Notes: a model not told the origin generated them from the letters alone. 64,000 bases of DNA from an uncultured delta proteobacterium (GCA_963845145.1 CAWJQU010000005.1:1216001-1280000), one strand, 5' to 3'; positions 31,032 through 40,382 are shown, counted from the stretch's first letter. Program-made: numbers and translations.

Positions 31032-31896
31032 TCAATATGTTTTTCTGCGGGAAAACCCCGATCCCAGCACGCTGAAGGTGTTTTCGGTAATAAAAAATGC
31101 GTTCGTATCCATACTGAATACCAGGGCTTCCAGACGTTTTAACTGATAATTGTTGACCACGGTCATCACGATCTTTTTGTCTTTTCCGGAATAGGCCCCC
31201 TGACCATTTAGCAACGTTGCGCCGCGCCCCAATTTTTTCAAGATGGCGTCGGCAATCGTGGTCGACACTTCCGAGATAATCAATACCAGTTTGCGTTGAT
31301 TAAAGCACGCTGAGAAAATAATCCGTAACCTGGGAAACAATAAATGTCAGTACCAGGGAGTAGAGGATCAAATCAATGTCAAGGATATGAAAACTCAGGC
31401 TGAACAGGACCAGATTGGAAAAGAAAAAGAAGCGTCCGATGGGGACATTCAATTTCTGGTTTAAAATGATGGCGATAATATCGCTACCACCGGCTGAGCC
31501 CAGCGAGTGGAGGTAAATTCCCGCCCCGGCGCCGATGAACGCACCGGCCGCAAGGGCGGATAACAACGGGTCCTGAATCGGGATCTCAAACGAGATCCAG
31601 TCGAGGCCCAGGGTGACAACCAGCATGCCGAACAGGCTGTAAAATACAAATCGCCGACTCAGCCAAATCCAACCGATAATAAACAACGGTATATTAAGTA
31701 CCAGATACCACAATCCCGGCGTTAGCCCGCCGAACATATAATAGATCAAAAGGCTTAAACCTGAAAAGCCGCCTGTGATAAATCCATGGGGGATGGCGAT
31801 GGATTTGATCCCGATCGCCAGCAAGAAACCCCCACCGGCGATAAGGACCAGGTTTAAAAGGATGCCATGAAGCTTTTTGTTTTGGAAAATTTTCAC
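31032..31896 (-). pseudogene. YitT family membrane protein with C-terminal DUF2179-like domain, one indel near 31305; may be assembly error
   Basis: GFITGGFSGL, LNIPLF, GSAGGSDIIA; C-terminal part FNQRKLVLIIS...RGAT.L.G.GAYSG...D.NAF in another frame. Confidence 0.8.
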
Positions 31897-32080
31897 CGTA
31901 AGTCACCAATTATAAATGGAATATGATCGCGCTCGTACCCGTATTCGCGGGTGGCCTGGGAATAGTAATTGCTTATATGCGGGATACAACCCCATTTCAA
32001 TTAAAACCGACAATAAAAGCGAGGCAACGCAGGAAAAGTGAGAAATAACAGGTTGAAGAAATCCATTGTCATGACGCTGA

Positions 32081-32109
32081 TTGACATGTTTGGGCCTGCG
32101 AATTATGAT
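32081..32109 (+). promoter_or_regulatory. sigma70-type promoter
   Basis: TTGACA-17 bp-TATGAT. Confidence 0.7.
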
Positions 32110-32130
32110 AGCCTCCTTTAGGAGCGCATT

Positions 32131-33219
32131 GTGTCAGCCACTACCCATCGGACGAAAAAATCGGAAACCTATCTCAGTTTGGCGATTCTTGGCTTTTTGG
32201 TCGCACTTGGCTTTGTTTTTTTTTCGGTGCAAAACCGATTCAATCCTGCCGTATTAAACTTCGCACCGGAAACCGATCATGTGCAGACAGCACCGACGGA
32301 CGTACCGACGGATAACGTCTCAATTCCCCTGCCCGCTGGTATCAAGGAGATGTCCCCGGCGGAAAGTTTTGATCCTGCCACCTTATCCAATAAAATTAAC
32401 GGCAAAGCCGAGCTTTACCTGTCGGCGGGGTTTGTGCGCCTTAATACCCAACGTTTCAAACCTGCTGACGATTCGAGTACCTGGTTTGAGGTTTTTATCT
32501 ACGATATGGGTAAGCCGTCCAACGCCTTTGCCGTTTACAGCAGTCAGCGTCGACAGGATGTCGAAAAACTGTCCCTGACCCAGCATGCTTATGGAACAGC
32601 CAACGCTCTTTTCTTCGCAACGGGTCGGCACTATGTGGAAATAATCGCCGCGACATCCGGTGAGGCGGTTACATCGATGCTGACGGTGTTTGCCGAAAAT
32701 TTTTTGGATAGCGTCGAAGGGGAGGCCGAGGGTCAAGGGGAAGCGGCGGGTCCGGAGCAGGTTTTTCCCACCGAAGATTTGGTGGCCGACAGCATTACCC
32801 TTATCGCCAAGGACGCTTTCGGTTTCGATCGTCTCGATCAGGTGTATACCGCCAAGTATTCGGGCATGAAAACGGAAACGACCCTGTTTGTTTCGTTGCG
32901 GTCATCTCCCAAGGCGGCTGAGATCTTAGCCACGGCGTATCGGGATTTTCTAATTGAATTCGGAGGATCTGAAATGGCGAAACCGGAAGGGTTTGCCCGA
33001 GAGGGATTTTTCGCCATTGACATCATGGATGCTTATGAAGTGGTCTTTTCCCACGGGCCTTATCTGGCCGGCGTCCATATGGCCGAAGATAAGGATTCGG
33101 CCAATCGATTGGCCACCCTGCTGGATCGTCAAATCGAGCGGGTTTTGGATCCCCGGTTGGATCCCGAGTTAGATCCTCGGCGGGATCCTGGGCAGGATAA
33201 AAAGGAAGTAGAGAAATGA
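32131..33219 (+). CDS. DUF6599-like membrane-anchored/periplasmic protein
   Basis: N-terminal TM; L..KINGKAELY...GF, EVFIYDMG...NAFAVYS; context with DUF362. Confidence 0.65.
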   Translation: MSATTHRTKKSETYLSLAILGFLVALGFVFFSVQNRFNPAVLNFAPETDHVQTAPTDVPTDNVSIPLPAGIKEMSPAESFDPATLSNKINGKAELYLSAGFVRLNTQRFKPADDSSTWFEVFIYDMGKPSNAFAVYSSQRRQDVEKLSLTQHAYGTANALFFATGRHYVEIIAATSGEAVTSMLTVFAENFLDSVEGEAEGQGEAAGPEQVFPTEDLVADSITLIAKDAFGFDRLDQVYTAKYSGMKTETTLFVSLRSSPKAAEILATAYRDFLIEFGGSEMAKPEGFAREGFFAIDIMDAYEVVFSHGPYLAGVHMAEDKDSANRLATLLDRQIERVLDPRLDPELDPRRDPGQDKKEVEK

Positions 33220-34205
33220 GTTTATCCGATGCCAACACCCATCGACGGGATTTTCTCACCCGGTTGGTGAAGGCCGGTCTATTGACTGCCGTTACGGGAG
33301 TTGCGGGATGGAAACTCTACGACGGTAAAGGGCCCTCTGCGCCCTCGGCCAATAAAGCGACAACGACCCTGCCTGCTTATACCATCGATGGGTTGTCATC
33401 CCGGCTGGTGATCGCGCATGGGAACGATCGAAAAAAAACCGTCAACCTAGGGCTGAAAGCCCTGGGTGGCATCGAAGCCTTTGTCAAAAAAGGCGAGCGG
33501 GTATTACTCAAGGTCAACGCTGCTTTTGCCTCGCCGCCGGTGCTTTCGGCCACCTCCCATCCGGATCTGGTGGCGGAACTGACGCGTCTTTGTTTGCAAG
33601 CCGGCGCTGCGGAAGTTCGTGTGGCCGACAACCCCATTAACGATCCGGGCACCTGTTTTGAATTGTCCGGCATTGGCCCGGCGGCCCGGTCGGCCGGGGC
33701 CCGGGTGGTTCTGCCCCGACAATCATCTTTTCAATCGGTATCGGTGCGTGAGGGGAGGCTGATTCAGAATTGGCCGGTTTTTGTCGATGCGTTGACCGGA
33801 ATTGACAAGGTCATCGGCGTGGCGCCGGTCAAAGATCATCACCGCAGTGGGGCCTCCTTAACCATGAAAAACTGGTATGGCCTACTGGGCGGCCGTCGCA
33901 ATATTTTCCATCAGGAAATCCATGATATTATTTACGAACTGGCGTTAATGATCCGGCCGTCGCTGGTTATATTGGATGGCACGACCACCATGTTAAAAAA
34001 CGGCCCCACCGGTGGCGCGCTGGACGACCTGAAGCAGACCGATACCATGATCCTGGGCACCGACCCGGTGGCCGTCGATACGGTGGGCGCTGGGTTACTG
34101 GAGAAATCGTTAACGGCCCTGCCGCATATCGCCAAAGCCGAGGCTGCCGGCCTGGGCACCACGGACCTGGACACGCTTAATCCGATTATCCTGTCGCAAG
34201 GTTAA
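33216..34205 (+). CDS. DUF362 domain protein with Tat signal
   Basis: RRDFL Tat motif; GGIEAFVKKGERVLLKVN, KDH..SG.SLTMKNWYG, DPVAVD. Confidence 0.85.
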   Translation: MSLSDANTHRRDFLTRLVKAGLLTAVTGVAGWKLYDGKGPSAPSANKATTTLPAYTIDGLSSRLVIAHGNDRKKTVNLGLKALGGIEAFVKKGERVLLKVNAAFASPPVLSATSHPDLVAELTRLCLQAGAAEVRVADNPINDPGTCFELSGIGPAARSAGARVVLPRQSSFQSVSVREGRLIQNWPVFVDALTGIDKVIGVAPVKDHHRSGASLTMKNWYGLLGGRRNIFHQEIHDIIYELALMIRPSLVILDGTTTMLKNGPTGGALDDLKQTDTMILGTDPVAVDTVGAGLLEKSLTALPHIAKAEAAGLGTTDLDTLNPIILSQG

Positions 34206-34216
34206 AGGAGCAACGT

Positions 34217-36022
34217 TTGCGCATTATTACCACCCGACGGATCAGCCAGATATTTTTTGTATGCCTGTTTTTTTGGTTTTGCGGCGTTTCTTCTCTTGGC
34301 CGTCAGTGGTGGCAGCTGCGGGGATGGCCGATCAACTTTTTTCTGGAATTGGACCCGCTGGCCGGGCTGGGTATGGCCCTCACCACGGGCACCTTATATA
34401 AGGGCATGGTCTGGGGGTTGGTTACCCTGGTCGTTACCTTTTTTCTGGGGCGGGTGTTTTGTGGCTGGGTGTGTCCCTTCGGGGCGATTCATCAGTTTTT
34501 AGGCTATATCGCCCGGATTAAACAAAAGGCGCCGGAAAAGGTGCGGCAAAACCGCTATCATTCAGGCCAAAGGGTCAAATACTGGATTCTGATGGTGATG
34601 CTGGGAGCCATTGTATACGATCTGGTTCTACGGCTGCTGGGCATCTCTTCGCATCGCATGCTTTCAACCTTGACCATCGGCCTGTTGGACCCCATGCCGC
34701 TGTTGTACCGTTCGATCAATCTCATTATTTTACCCCTGATTGACGGTGGTGGGCGTTGGTTTTCGTCGTCCCTGCGGTGGTACGAAGGGGGTTTTTCCAT
34801 CGGCCTGGTGTTTTTTCCGGCCCTGTTGCTGAATATAAAAAGGCCCCGGTTTTTCTGTCGCTATGTCTGTCCGTTGGGGGCTCTCTTGGGAATTTTTAGC
34901 CGCTGGCCGTTGTTTCGTATCTATAAATCCGATGCCGCCTGTAAAACCTGTCCGTCCTGCGAGCGTCATTGCGAGGGTGCCTGTCAGCCCTCAGAGAATT
35001 TAAGGCTCAGCGAATGCGTGGTGTGCCTCAATTGTCGTGAGGATTGCCGGGGAGAATCGATTCATTACGGCCTGCAACCATCGGCCACCGGTGAGATCAC
35101 GGTGCCTGACATTCGGCGCCGCGAAGTGGTTTTGTCCATGGTTTCCGGCGTGGCTGGAATGGCGGCGTTTGGCATGGAAGGCCGGCAAGGGTTTAACTGG
35201 CCGGCCCACCTGGTTCGTCCACCCGGAGCGGTGGCCGAAACCGATTTTCTAGCGCGGTGTATTCGTTGCGGCCAATGCATGCGAATCTGTCCCACCAATG
35301 TGATCCAACCGGCGATAGGCCAAGCCGGGTGGGAGGCCCTCTGGACGCCGATCCTCAATTTTCGAATTGGCACCAGTGGTTGCCAGCACTCCTGCATCGC
35401 CTGCGGCCACGTCTGTCCCACCGCGGCCATTCGACCCTTAAGCCGTGACGAACGCATGGGACTAGACGACTTTGCATCACCAGGACCCATCCGTATCGGG
35501 ACAGCTTTTGTCGACCGGGGTCGCTGTCTGCCCTGGGCCATGGATACCCCCTGCATCGTCTGCCAGGAAAACTGTCCGGTGAGCCCCAAGGCCATCTTCA
35601 CCCGGGAAGTATTGAATCCGATACGAATGGATCGACCCCTGACGGTTATGTCGGCCGAGGCGGAACAGGTAAAGCTAAGTGGCGCGGTGTTACCGCCGGG
35701 ACGTTATGCGACCGGTGATTATTATTGTCGAATTGTCGGAGATCCGCCGGCGGTGTGGCGGGATGGACAAAAGCCCAAACGAATCATCCGGCAAAACGAA
35801 CAGTCTATCTTTATCCCGGCAGACGACCCCTTTGACCCAGCCCCCCGGACGGGAGACCGCGTTGAGATCTTGATTCGGCTACAGCAACCCTTCGTCAGTC
35901 CTGAGCACTGCATCGGCTGCGGTATATGCGAGCACGAATGCCCTGTTTCCGGTAAAAGAGCGATTCGGATCACGGCGGACAATGAGTCTCGGAATGCGGA
36001 GCATAGCTTTTTGTTGTCATAG
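34217..36022 (+). CDS. Membrane 4Fe-4S binding protein (NapH/MauN-like fused to NapG/MauM-like ferredoxin)
   Basis: GRVFCGWVCPFG, RFFCRYVCPLG, RPPGA, CIRCGQCMRICP, CIGCGICEHECP. Confidence 0.88.
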   Translation: MRIITTRRISQIFFVCLFFWFCGVSSLGRQWWQLRGWPINFFLELDPLAGLGMALTTGTLYKGMVWGLVTLVVTFFLGRVFCGWVCPFGAIHQFLGYIARIKQKAPEKVRQNRYHSGQRVKYWILMVMLGAIVYDLVLRLLGISSHRMLSTLTIGLLDPMPLLYRSINLIILPLIDGGGRWFSSSLRWYEGGFSIGLVFFPALLLNIKRPRFFCRYVCPLGALLGIFSRWPLFRIYKSDAACKTCPSCERHCEGACQPSENLRLSECVVCLNCREDCRGESIHYGLQPSATGEITVPDIRRREVVLSMVSGVAGMAAFGMEGRQGFNWPAHLVRPPGAVAETDFLARCIRCGQCMRICPTNVIQPAIGQAGWEALWTPILNFRIGTSGCQHSCIACGHVCPTAAIRPLSRDERMGLDDFASPGPIRIGTAFVDRGRCLPWAMDTPCIVCQENCPVSPKAIFTREVLNPIRMDRPLTVMSAEAEQVKLSGAVLPPGRYATGDYYCRIVGDPPAVWRDGQKPKRIIRQNEQSIFIPADDPFDPAPRTGDRVEILIRLQQPFVSPEHCIGCGICEHECPVSGKRAIRITADNESRNAEHSFLLS

Positions 36023-36130
36023 ACCTTATAGTTTGGTGAAATGAAACTGTTTGCGACGGATATTTCCTCACCCGCAGAGAGGATAATTTGCAATGATGGA
36101 AACGGCTAAAAAAACGGGGAGGGTGAATTG

Positions 36131-36832
36131 ATGGAGATCGATGTTTATTGCGACGAAGCCTTTCCTGATTTGTTCTCTTCAAAAAAGGCATCGGCTAAAT
36201 ATCTGATAATTGGCGGGCTTTGGCTCGACCGTCAAAACCGCAGCCAATTCAAATCGGATATTCATGAACTTCGGAACCGGTATAAAATCGGCGGGGAATT
36301 TAAATGGAACAAAGTATCCCGGTCTAAAATTAAATTTTATAAAGCGCTTCTCTCCTGGTTTCATGAGAAAGGAAATGCGCTTCGTTTTCGCTGTATTGCC
36401 GTGGATAAAAGCCAGGTCAATTTATTTCGTTTTCATTCCAACGATCAGGAATTGGGTTTTTACAAATTTTATTACCAAATGTTGCATCACTGGATTCATG
36501 ATTTTAATGAATATCGAATTTTTTGTGATTTTAAATGCAATCGCCGGATAGATCGATTGCATACATTGAAACAGTGTCTAACCAATGCCAACCTCTCTTC
36601 AGCAATTGTTACGGTTCAGTCGATTCGATCCGAAGAAGCCGTGTTGATTCAACTCGCCGATGTTTTAGTCGGATTCGGTTCCGCACGTATGAATAAATCT
36701 TTAAAACCAGGCGGTGCGAAAATTGAACTTGTCGAACATTATGAAGCCCTTCTTGGGCGCCGGGTGCAACCGACGTCTTTAGCAGAAAAAAAATTCAACC
36801 TTTTTAAGATCAATCTCACCGGAGGATTGTAG
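36131..36832 (+). CDS. DUF3800-like protein (predicted RNase H-like fold)
   Basis: N-terminal EIDVYCDE, GEFKWNKV, IFCD, C-terminal S....LIQLADVLVG, matching the DE...QxAD pattern of DUF3800. Confidence 0.75.
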   Translation: MEIDVYCDEAFPDLFSSKKASAKYLIIGGLWLDRQNRSQFKSDIHELRNRYKIGGEFKWNKVSRSKIKFYKALLSWFHEKGNALRFRCIAVDKSQVNLFRFHSNDQELGFYKFYYQMLHHWIHDFNEYRIFCDFKCNRRIDRLHTLKQCLTNANLSSAIVTVQSIRSEEAVLIQLADVLVGFGSARMNKSLKPGGAKIELVEHYEALLGRRVQPTSLAEKKFNLFKINLTGGL

Positions 36833-37258
36833 ATGGCGTATCCTCCGTTGGTTATTTACCAAGACAGGGATAAATATCGAAAACATTTTGAGACGATTTA
36901 TTGCCAAGGCGCTATAAAAACCTTCGATGGCTTTAAAATTCGGTTTAAAAAGCGTGACTTCGATCATGCTTTTTATGAATCGATCAATTCGAAAGACGAC
37001 TGGTTTTCAATCAAGCGTGCGCAACGAATTGATTGGATAAAGTTCGCTCTAAAAGATTCTAAAAGCGAGCGCTATTTTGGGTGGAATAAAAAGCGTCGAA
37101 AAATTGACCGGACGAGGCGGGTGGCTATCGTCATGCAAGACTATGTTGTCGTCATCGGGTTGAACAGAGAGCGTCTAACAGGATGGTTTATTACCTCGTT
37201 TGTTGCAGACTCCGGTAGAACATTAAAAATGATTCGGGAAAATCCGAAATGGAAATAA
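36833..37258 (+). CDS. Basic hypothetical protein, putative BECR-fold (PBECR-like) RNase/toxin
   Basis: ATG abuts the upstream stop; FDHAF, R..RIDWIK..L, YVVVI, FITSFV pattern recalls BECR nucleases (fold call by eye). Confidence 0.55.
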   Translation: MAYPPLVIYQDRDKYRKHFETIYCQGAIKTFDGFKIRFKKRDFDHAFYESINSKDDWFSIKRAQRIDWIKFALKDSKSERYFGWNKKRRKIDRTRRVAIVMQDYVVVIGLNRERLTGWFITSFVADSGRTLKMIRENPKWK

Positions 37259-37327
37259 AAAACCGCTGATTCGCCAGGCCGGCTCAGCGGAAGCCTTTGT
37301 AGGTTCCACTACCACTGGTAGAGAACA
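37257..37327 (-). ncRNA. Candidate ~70-nt structured small RNA, convergent with the DUF3800 operon
   Basis: Three consecutive hairpins, the last (CCGCTGA/TCAGCGG) followed by U6 on the minus strand; promoter-like elements directly upstream. Confidence 0.55.
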
Positions 37328-37332
37328 ATTAG

Positions 37333-37362
37333 AAAATAAACCATTCATTTATGGTTTGTCAA
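37333..37362 (-). promoter_or_regulatory. sigma70-type promoter for the candidate sRNA
   Basis: Minus strand TTGACA (37362-37357)-18 bp-TATTTT (37338-37333); inverted repeat AAACCA/TGGTTT in the spacer. Confidence 0.55.
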
Positions 37363-37483
37363 GAAAATCCCTAAGAATAATGAGAGTTTGAGCGAAATAT
37401 TTGAGGGTGATCGAATGGCGAAGGCCTTTACCGAACACGAGAAGATGGGCAAAGCGGAAGCCTTTGTAGACTCTGCAATTAAT

Positions 37484-37712
37484 TCAGAACATGCGAGGGC
37501 AGTCATTTTTGCCCATCGCAAATTCAGGGAAATGGATAGAAGACCGTAATAGAGTATGTTCCCCCACGCGTGTCTTCGCTATGTTCAACAGATTTTATGA
37601 CGAACGACTCCCTACGGAAACGTTTTAAAATTGACGCTAAAAATAGCGTTACAGTTTCAAGAATCATCAAAGATACGATTTCCGCCGGCCTGATTCGGTG
37701 CCATGACGATAT
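37484..37712 (+). pseudogene. Degenerate C-terminal remnant of an AlbA_2/Schlafen-HATPase_c_4-type ATP/DNA-binding protein
   Basis: Across frameshifts: HARAVIFAHRKFREMD-EDR.RVC..HACLRYVQ-DFMTNDSLRKRFKIDAKNSVTVSRIIKDTISAGLIR. Confidence 0.55.
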
Positions 37713-37917
37713 TAAAAATTTTGATGTGGATTTAATCTGGAAAGAGGGTACGACAAGGTCGGCACTCTGGTATCCAGAAAATATCGAAGGTATTGCGTCT
37801 GGAAAAAACAAAAATACGAAATCATAACGCAATTCATTCCTGATAATGGTATATAAATCAAATGGGTAACTTTTGATTTACCAAAATGAAGATAAAAAAT
37901 TTATAGGAGACAACAAA

Positions 37918-39123
37918 ATGAACCCTAAAAACATATCCCGTCGAAACTTTCTTAAGACCGCAGGTGCGGGCGGTATTGGCGCTGTTCTTGGGCCGAAAAT
38001 GGCCAAGGGCGCACAAAGCGATACGGATAAGCATGATAAAATGCCCACTCGCCCTTTTGGGCGATCCGGCATCGAGGTCCCCATATTGAGCATGGGCGGA
38101 ATGTTCGACATACCCAACAACCAACTGATGCTCAAACAGGCCATTCGCTTAGGTGTGACCTATTGGGATACGGCGAATAGTTACGGACATGGTGTCAGCG
38201 AGACGGGTATTGGTCAATACTTCACAAAATACCCTGAGGAACGAAAAAAAATCTTTCTGGTAACCAAATCCGGCAATCATGATCCCGACGGAATGACCGA
38301 GCATTTGAATCTTTCCCTGAAGCGAATGAACACGGACACTATCGATCTGTTTTTCATGCATTCTTTACGCAATACAAAACCACTGAAAGACAAGGTCCGA
38401 GCCTGGGCCGAAAAACAAAAAGCGGCGGGTAAAATCCGTCTGTTTGGGTTCAGCACTCATAGCAACATGGAAAAGTGTCTATCGAGTGCGGCCGGTTTTG
38501 ATTGGATTGATGGTATTATGATGACTTATAATTTTCGACTCATGCATACACAAAAAATGAAGGATGCCGTCAACGCTTGTGTGGATGCTGGAATCGGTTT
38601 AACCGCTATGAAAACCCAAGGCGGCGGACAGCTTCAGGCGTCTTCTGAAAAGGAGTTATTGCTGGGTGGGCGTTTTCTTGAACAAGGATTTACGCAACAT
38701 CAGGCCAAGTTAAAAGCGGTGTGGGAAAATAATCAAATTTCCGCGATATGTTCTATGATGGAGAACATGACTTATCTAATGACAAATACCGCAGCAGCCT
38801 TAGACAAGACCCGCTTATCTGCGGCGGATTTAGAACGTTTGGCGCTCTATGCCGATTCCACGGCTTGCTCTTATTGTACAGGGTGCGGAGATATCTGTGA
38901 AAAAGCGGTTGGCGAAGATATTCCCATCGCCGACGTGATGCGCTATTTAATGTATGCTGAAAGTTATGGTGATTGGGATCGGGGCGCCGCCGGGTTTCAG
39001 CGCTTGCCGGAGGAAACCCGCCGTCGTCTGGCCCATATCGATTATGGCAAGGCCGAGCGTCGATGTCCCCAACAAATGGCGATTGGGGAACTGATGCGCC
39101 GGGCACAGAAGCAATTGGCATAA
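37918..39123 (+). CDS. Aldo/keto reductase with Tat signal and C-terminal Fe-S motif
   Basis: SRRNFLK, RPFGRSG, WDTANSYG, IFLVTK, GFSTHS, CTGCGDIC, CPQ. Confidence 0.9.
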   Translation: MNPKNISRRNFLKTAGAGGIGAVLGPKMAKGAQSDTDKHDKMPTRPFGRSGIEVPILSMGGMFDIPNNQLMLKQAIRLGVTYWDTANSYGHGVSETGIGQYFTKYPEERKKIFLVTKSGNHDPDGMTEHLNLSLKRMNTDTIDLFFMHSLRNTKPLKDKVRAWAEKQKAAGKIRLFGFSTHSNMEKCLSSAAGFDWIDGIMMTYNFRLMHTQKMKDAVNACVDAGIGLTAMKTQGGGQLQASSEKELLLGGRFLEQGFTQHQAKLKAVWENNQISAICSMMENMTYLMTNTAAALDKTRLSAADLERLALYADSTACSYCTGCGDICEKAVGEDIPIADVMRYLMYAESYGDWDRGAAGFQRLPEETRRRLAHIDYGKAERRCPQQMAIGELMRRAQKQLA

Positions 39124-39127
39124 GGGG

Positions 39128-39269
39128 GAGCCAATCTAAAAACGTCCCAGTTTGCCCAATCTCTGCGTCTGGCTCAAATTTTAATCCTCGAAATACCCAA
39201 TGTATTCCTCAGGTTAAAATTTTAGCCATCCTTGACCTTGGACAAACTGAAACGTTTTTAAAATGGCTC
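39128..39269. mobile_element. 142-bp palindromic MITE/REP-like element, copy 1
   Basis: Terminal inverted repeats GAGCCA.T.TAAAAACGT..CAGTTTG.CCAA / TTGG.CAAACTG..ACGTTTTTA.A.TGGCTC; second copy at 46187-46328. Confidence 0.8.
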
Positions 39270-39294
39270 GGGGTATTGCCAATAGGGAGCGGTC

Positions 39295-39609
39295 ATGCAG
39301 ATCAACCTGATTTATATCACCACCGAAAATAGTGCCGAAGCTGAACGGATTGGGCAAATCCTGGTGGAAGAGCGTCTGGCGGCCTGCGTCAACATTCTCG
39401 ACGGGATGCGTTCGATTTATCATTGGGAAGGAAAGCTGGTAAAAGATACCGAAACGGTTCTCATCGCCAAGACGACTGAAAACAAGGTTCCAGCTCTGAC
39501 AACGCGGGTTAAGGCGCTCCACAAATATGATTGTCCTTGCATTGTGTCCCTGCCCATTACAGGGGGAAACGATGCTTTTCTTCGCTGGGTGGGCGAGGAG
39601 GTTCAATGA
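39295..39609 (+). CDS. cutA: Divalent-cation tolerance protein CutA
   Basis: LVEERLAACVNI, SIYHWEGK, KT, LHKYDCPCI. Confidence 0.93.
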   Translation: MQINLIYITTENSAEAERIGQILVEERLAACVNILDGMRSIYHWEGKLVKDTETVLIAKTTENKVPALTTRVKALHKYDCPCIVSLPITGGNDAFLRWVGEEVQ

Positions 39610-40382
39610 AAGACGCCGCCAATCCATTTGCTGAAAAAATGGACCAAATTGCCGCCAAAATGGGGTCGGGTCGAAATGTCGCCTTTACCGGCGCGGGAAT
39701 TTCCACGGAGAGCGGTATTCCCGATTATCGCAGCCAGGGGGGTATCTGGGACAAGTTTAAGCCGGTCTACTTTGACGATTTTATGCGGAGCAAAGATGCC
39801 CGTATCGAATACTGGCAACAAAAGGCGGCGATGTATGACGACCTGCAAAAAGCCAGGCCCAATGCCGCCCACCTGGCTTTGGCCGATTTGTACCACAAAG
39901 GTCGTTTGGCAGCAGTGATCACCCAGAATATCGACGGATTGCATCAGGAATCGGGTATTTCCCCCGATGATGTCATTGAACTCCATGGGAACACACGCCG
40001 CGTGCGTTGCATGTCCTGCGATGACATCTCTACAGACCATGATGCTTTTAAACGGATCGCGTCTGGGGATCTTGCCCCGGAATGTTCCTGCGGCGGTTAT
40101 TTGAAGCCGGACACGATCTCCTTTGGACAGGCCATGCCGGAAGTTGAAGTAAAAAAAGCCACAGCTTTAGCCCGGCAATGTGATTTTTTTCTGGTGGTGG
40201 GGTCGACGCTTCTGGTTCAACCGGCGGCCCTGCTCCCCGACATGGCCCGCCGCAGCGGCGCTTTTTTGGCCATTGTGAATTTGTCCGAAACACCATATGA
40301 TGCGGTTTGTGATATCCTTATCAAGGGAAAAGCCGGAGAGGTATTACCGCAAATCACCAATCGGGTTCTCGATTTATCCTGA
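39606..40382 (+). CDS. NAD-dependent protein deacylase, Sir2 family
   Basis: TGAGISTESGIPDYR, TQNIDGLHQ, ELHG, CxxC/CxC zinc site, GSTLLVQPAA; ATG overlaps the cutA stop. Confidence 0.92.
   Translation: MKDAANPFAEKMDQIAAKMGSGRNVAFTGAGISTESGIPDYRSQGGIWDKFKPVYFDDFMRSKDARIEYWQQKAAMYDDLQKARPNAAHLALADLYHKGRLAAVITQNIDGLHQESGISPDDVIELHGNTRRVRCMSCDDISTDHDAFKRIASGDLAPECSCGGYLKPDTISFGQAMPEVEVKKATALARQCDFFLVVGSTLLVQPAALLPDMARRSGAFLAIVNLSETPYDAVCDILIKGKAGEVLPQITNRVLDLS

Noticed and set aside
39214..39627. ORFs overlapping the 142-bp element (also 46147-46338 and 46256-46462)
   Set aside because: Incidental frames through the palindromic repeat or antisense to cutA.
39531..40382. Sir2 protein as an anti-phage effector (Thoeris/DSR type)
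   Set aside because: It is a classical zinc-binding sirtuin deacylase in a housekeeping context (cutA, pyk), not a SIR2_2 fusion.
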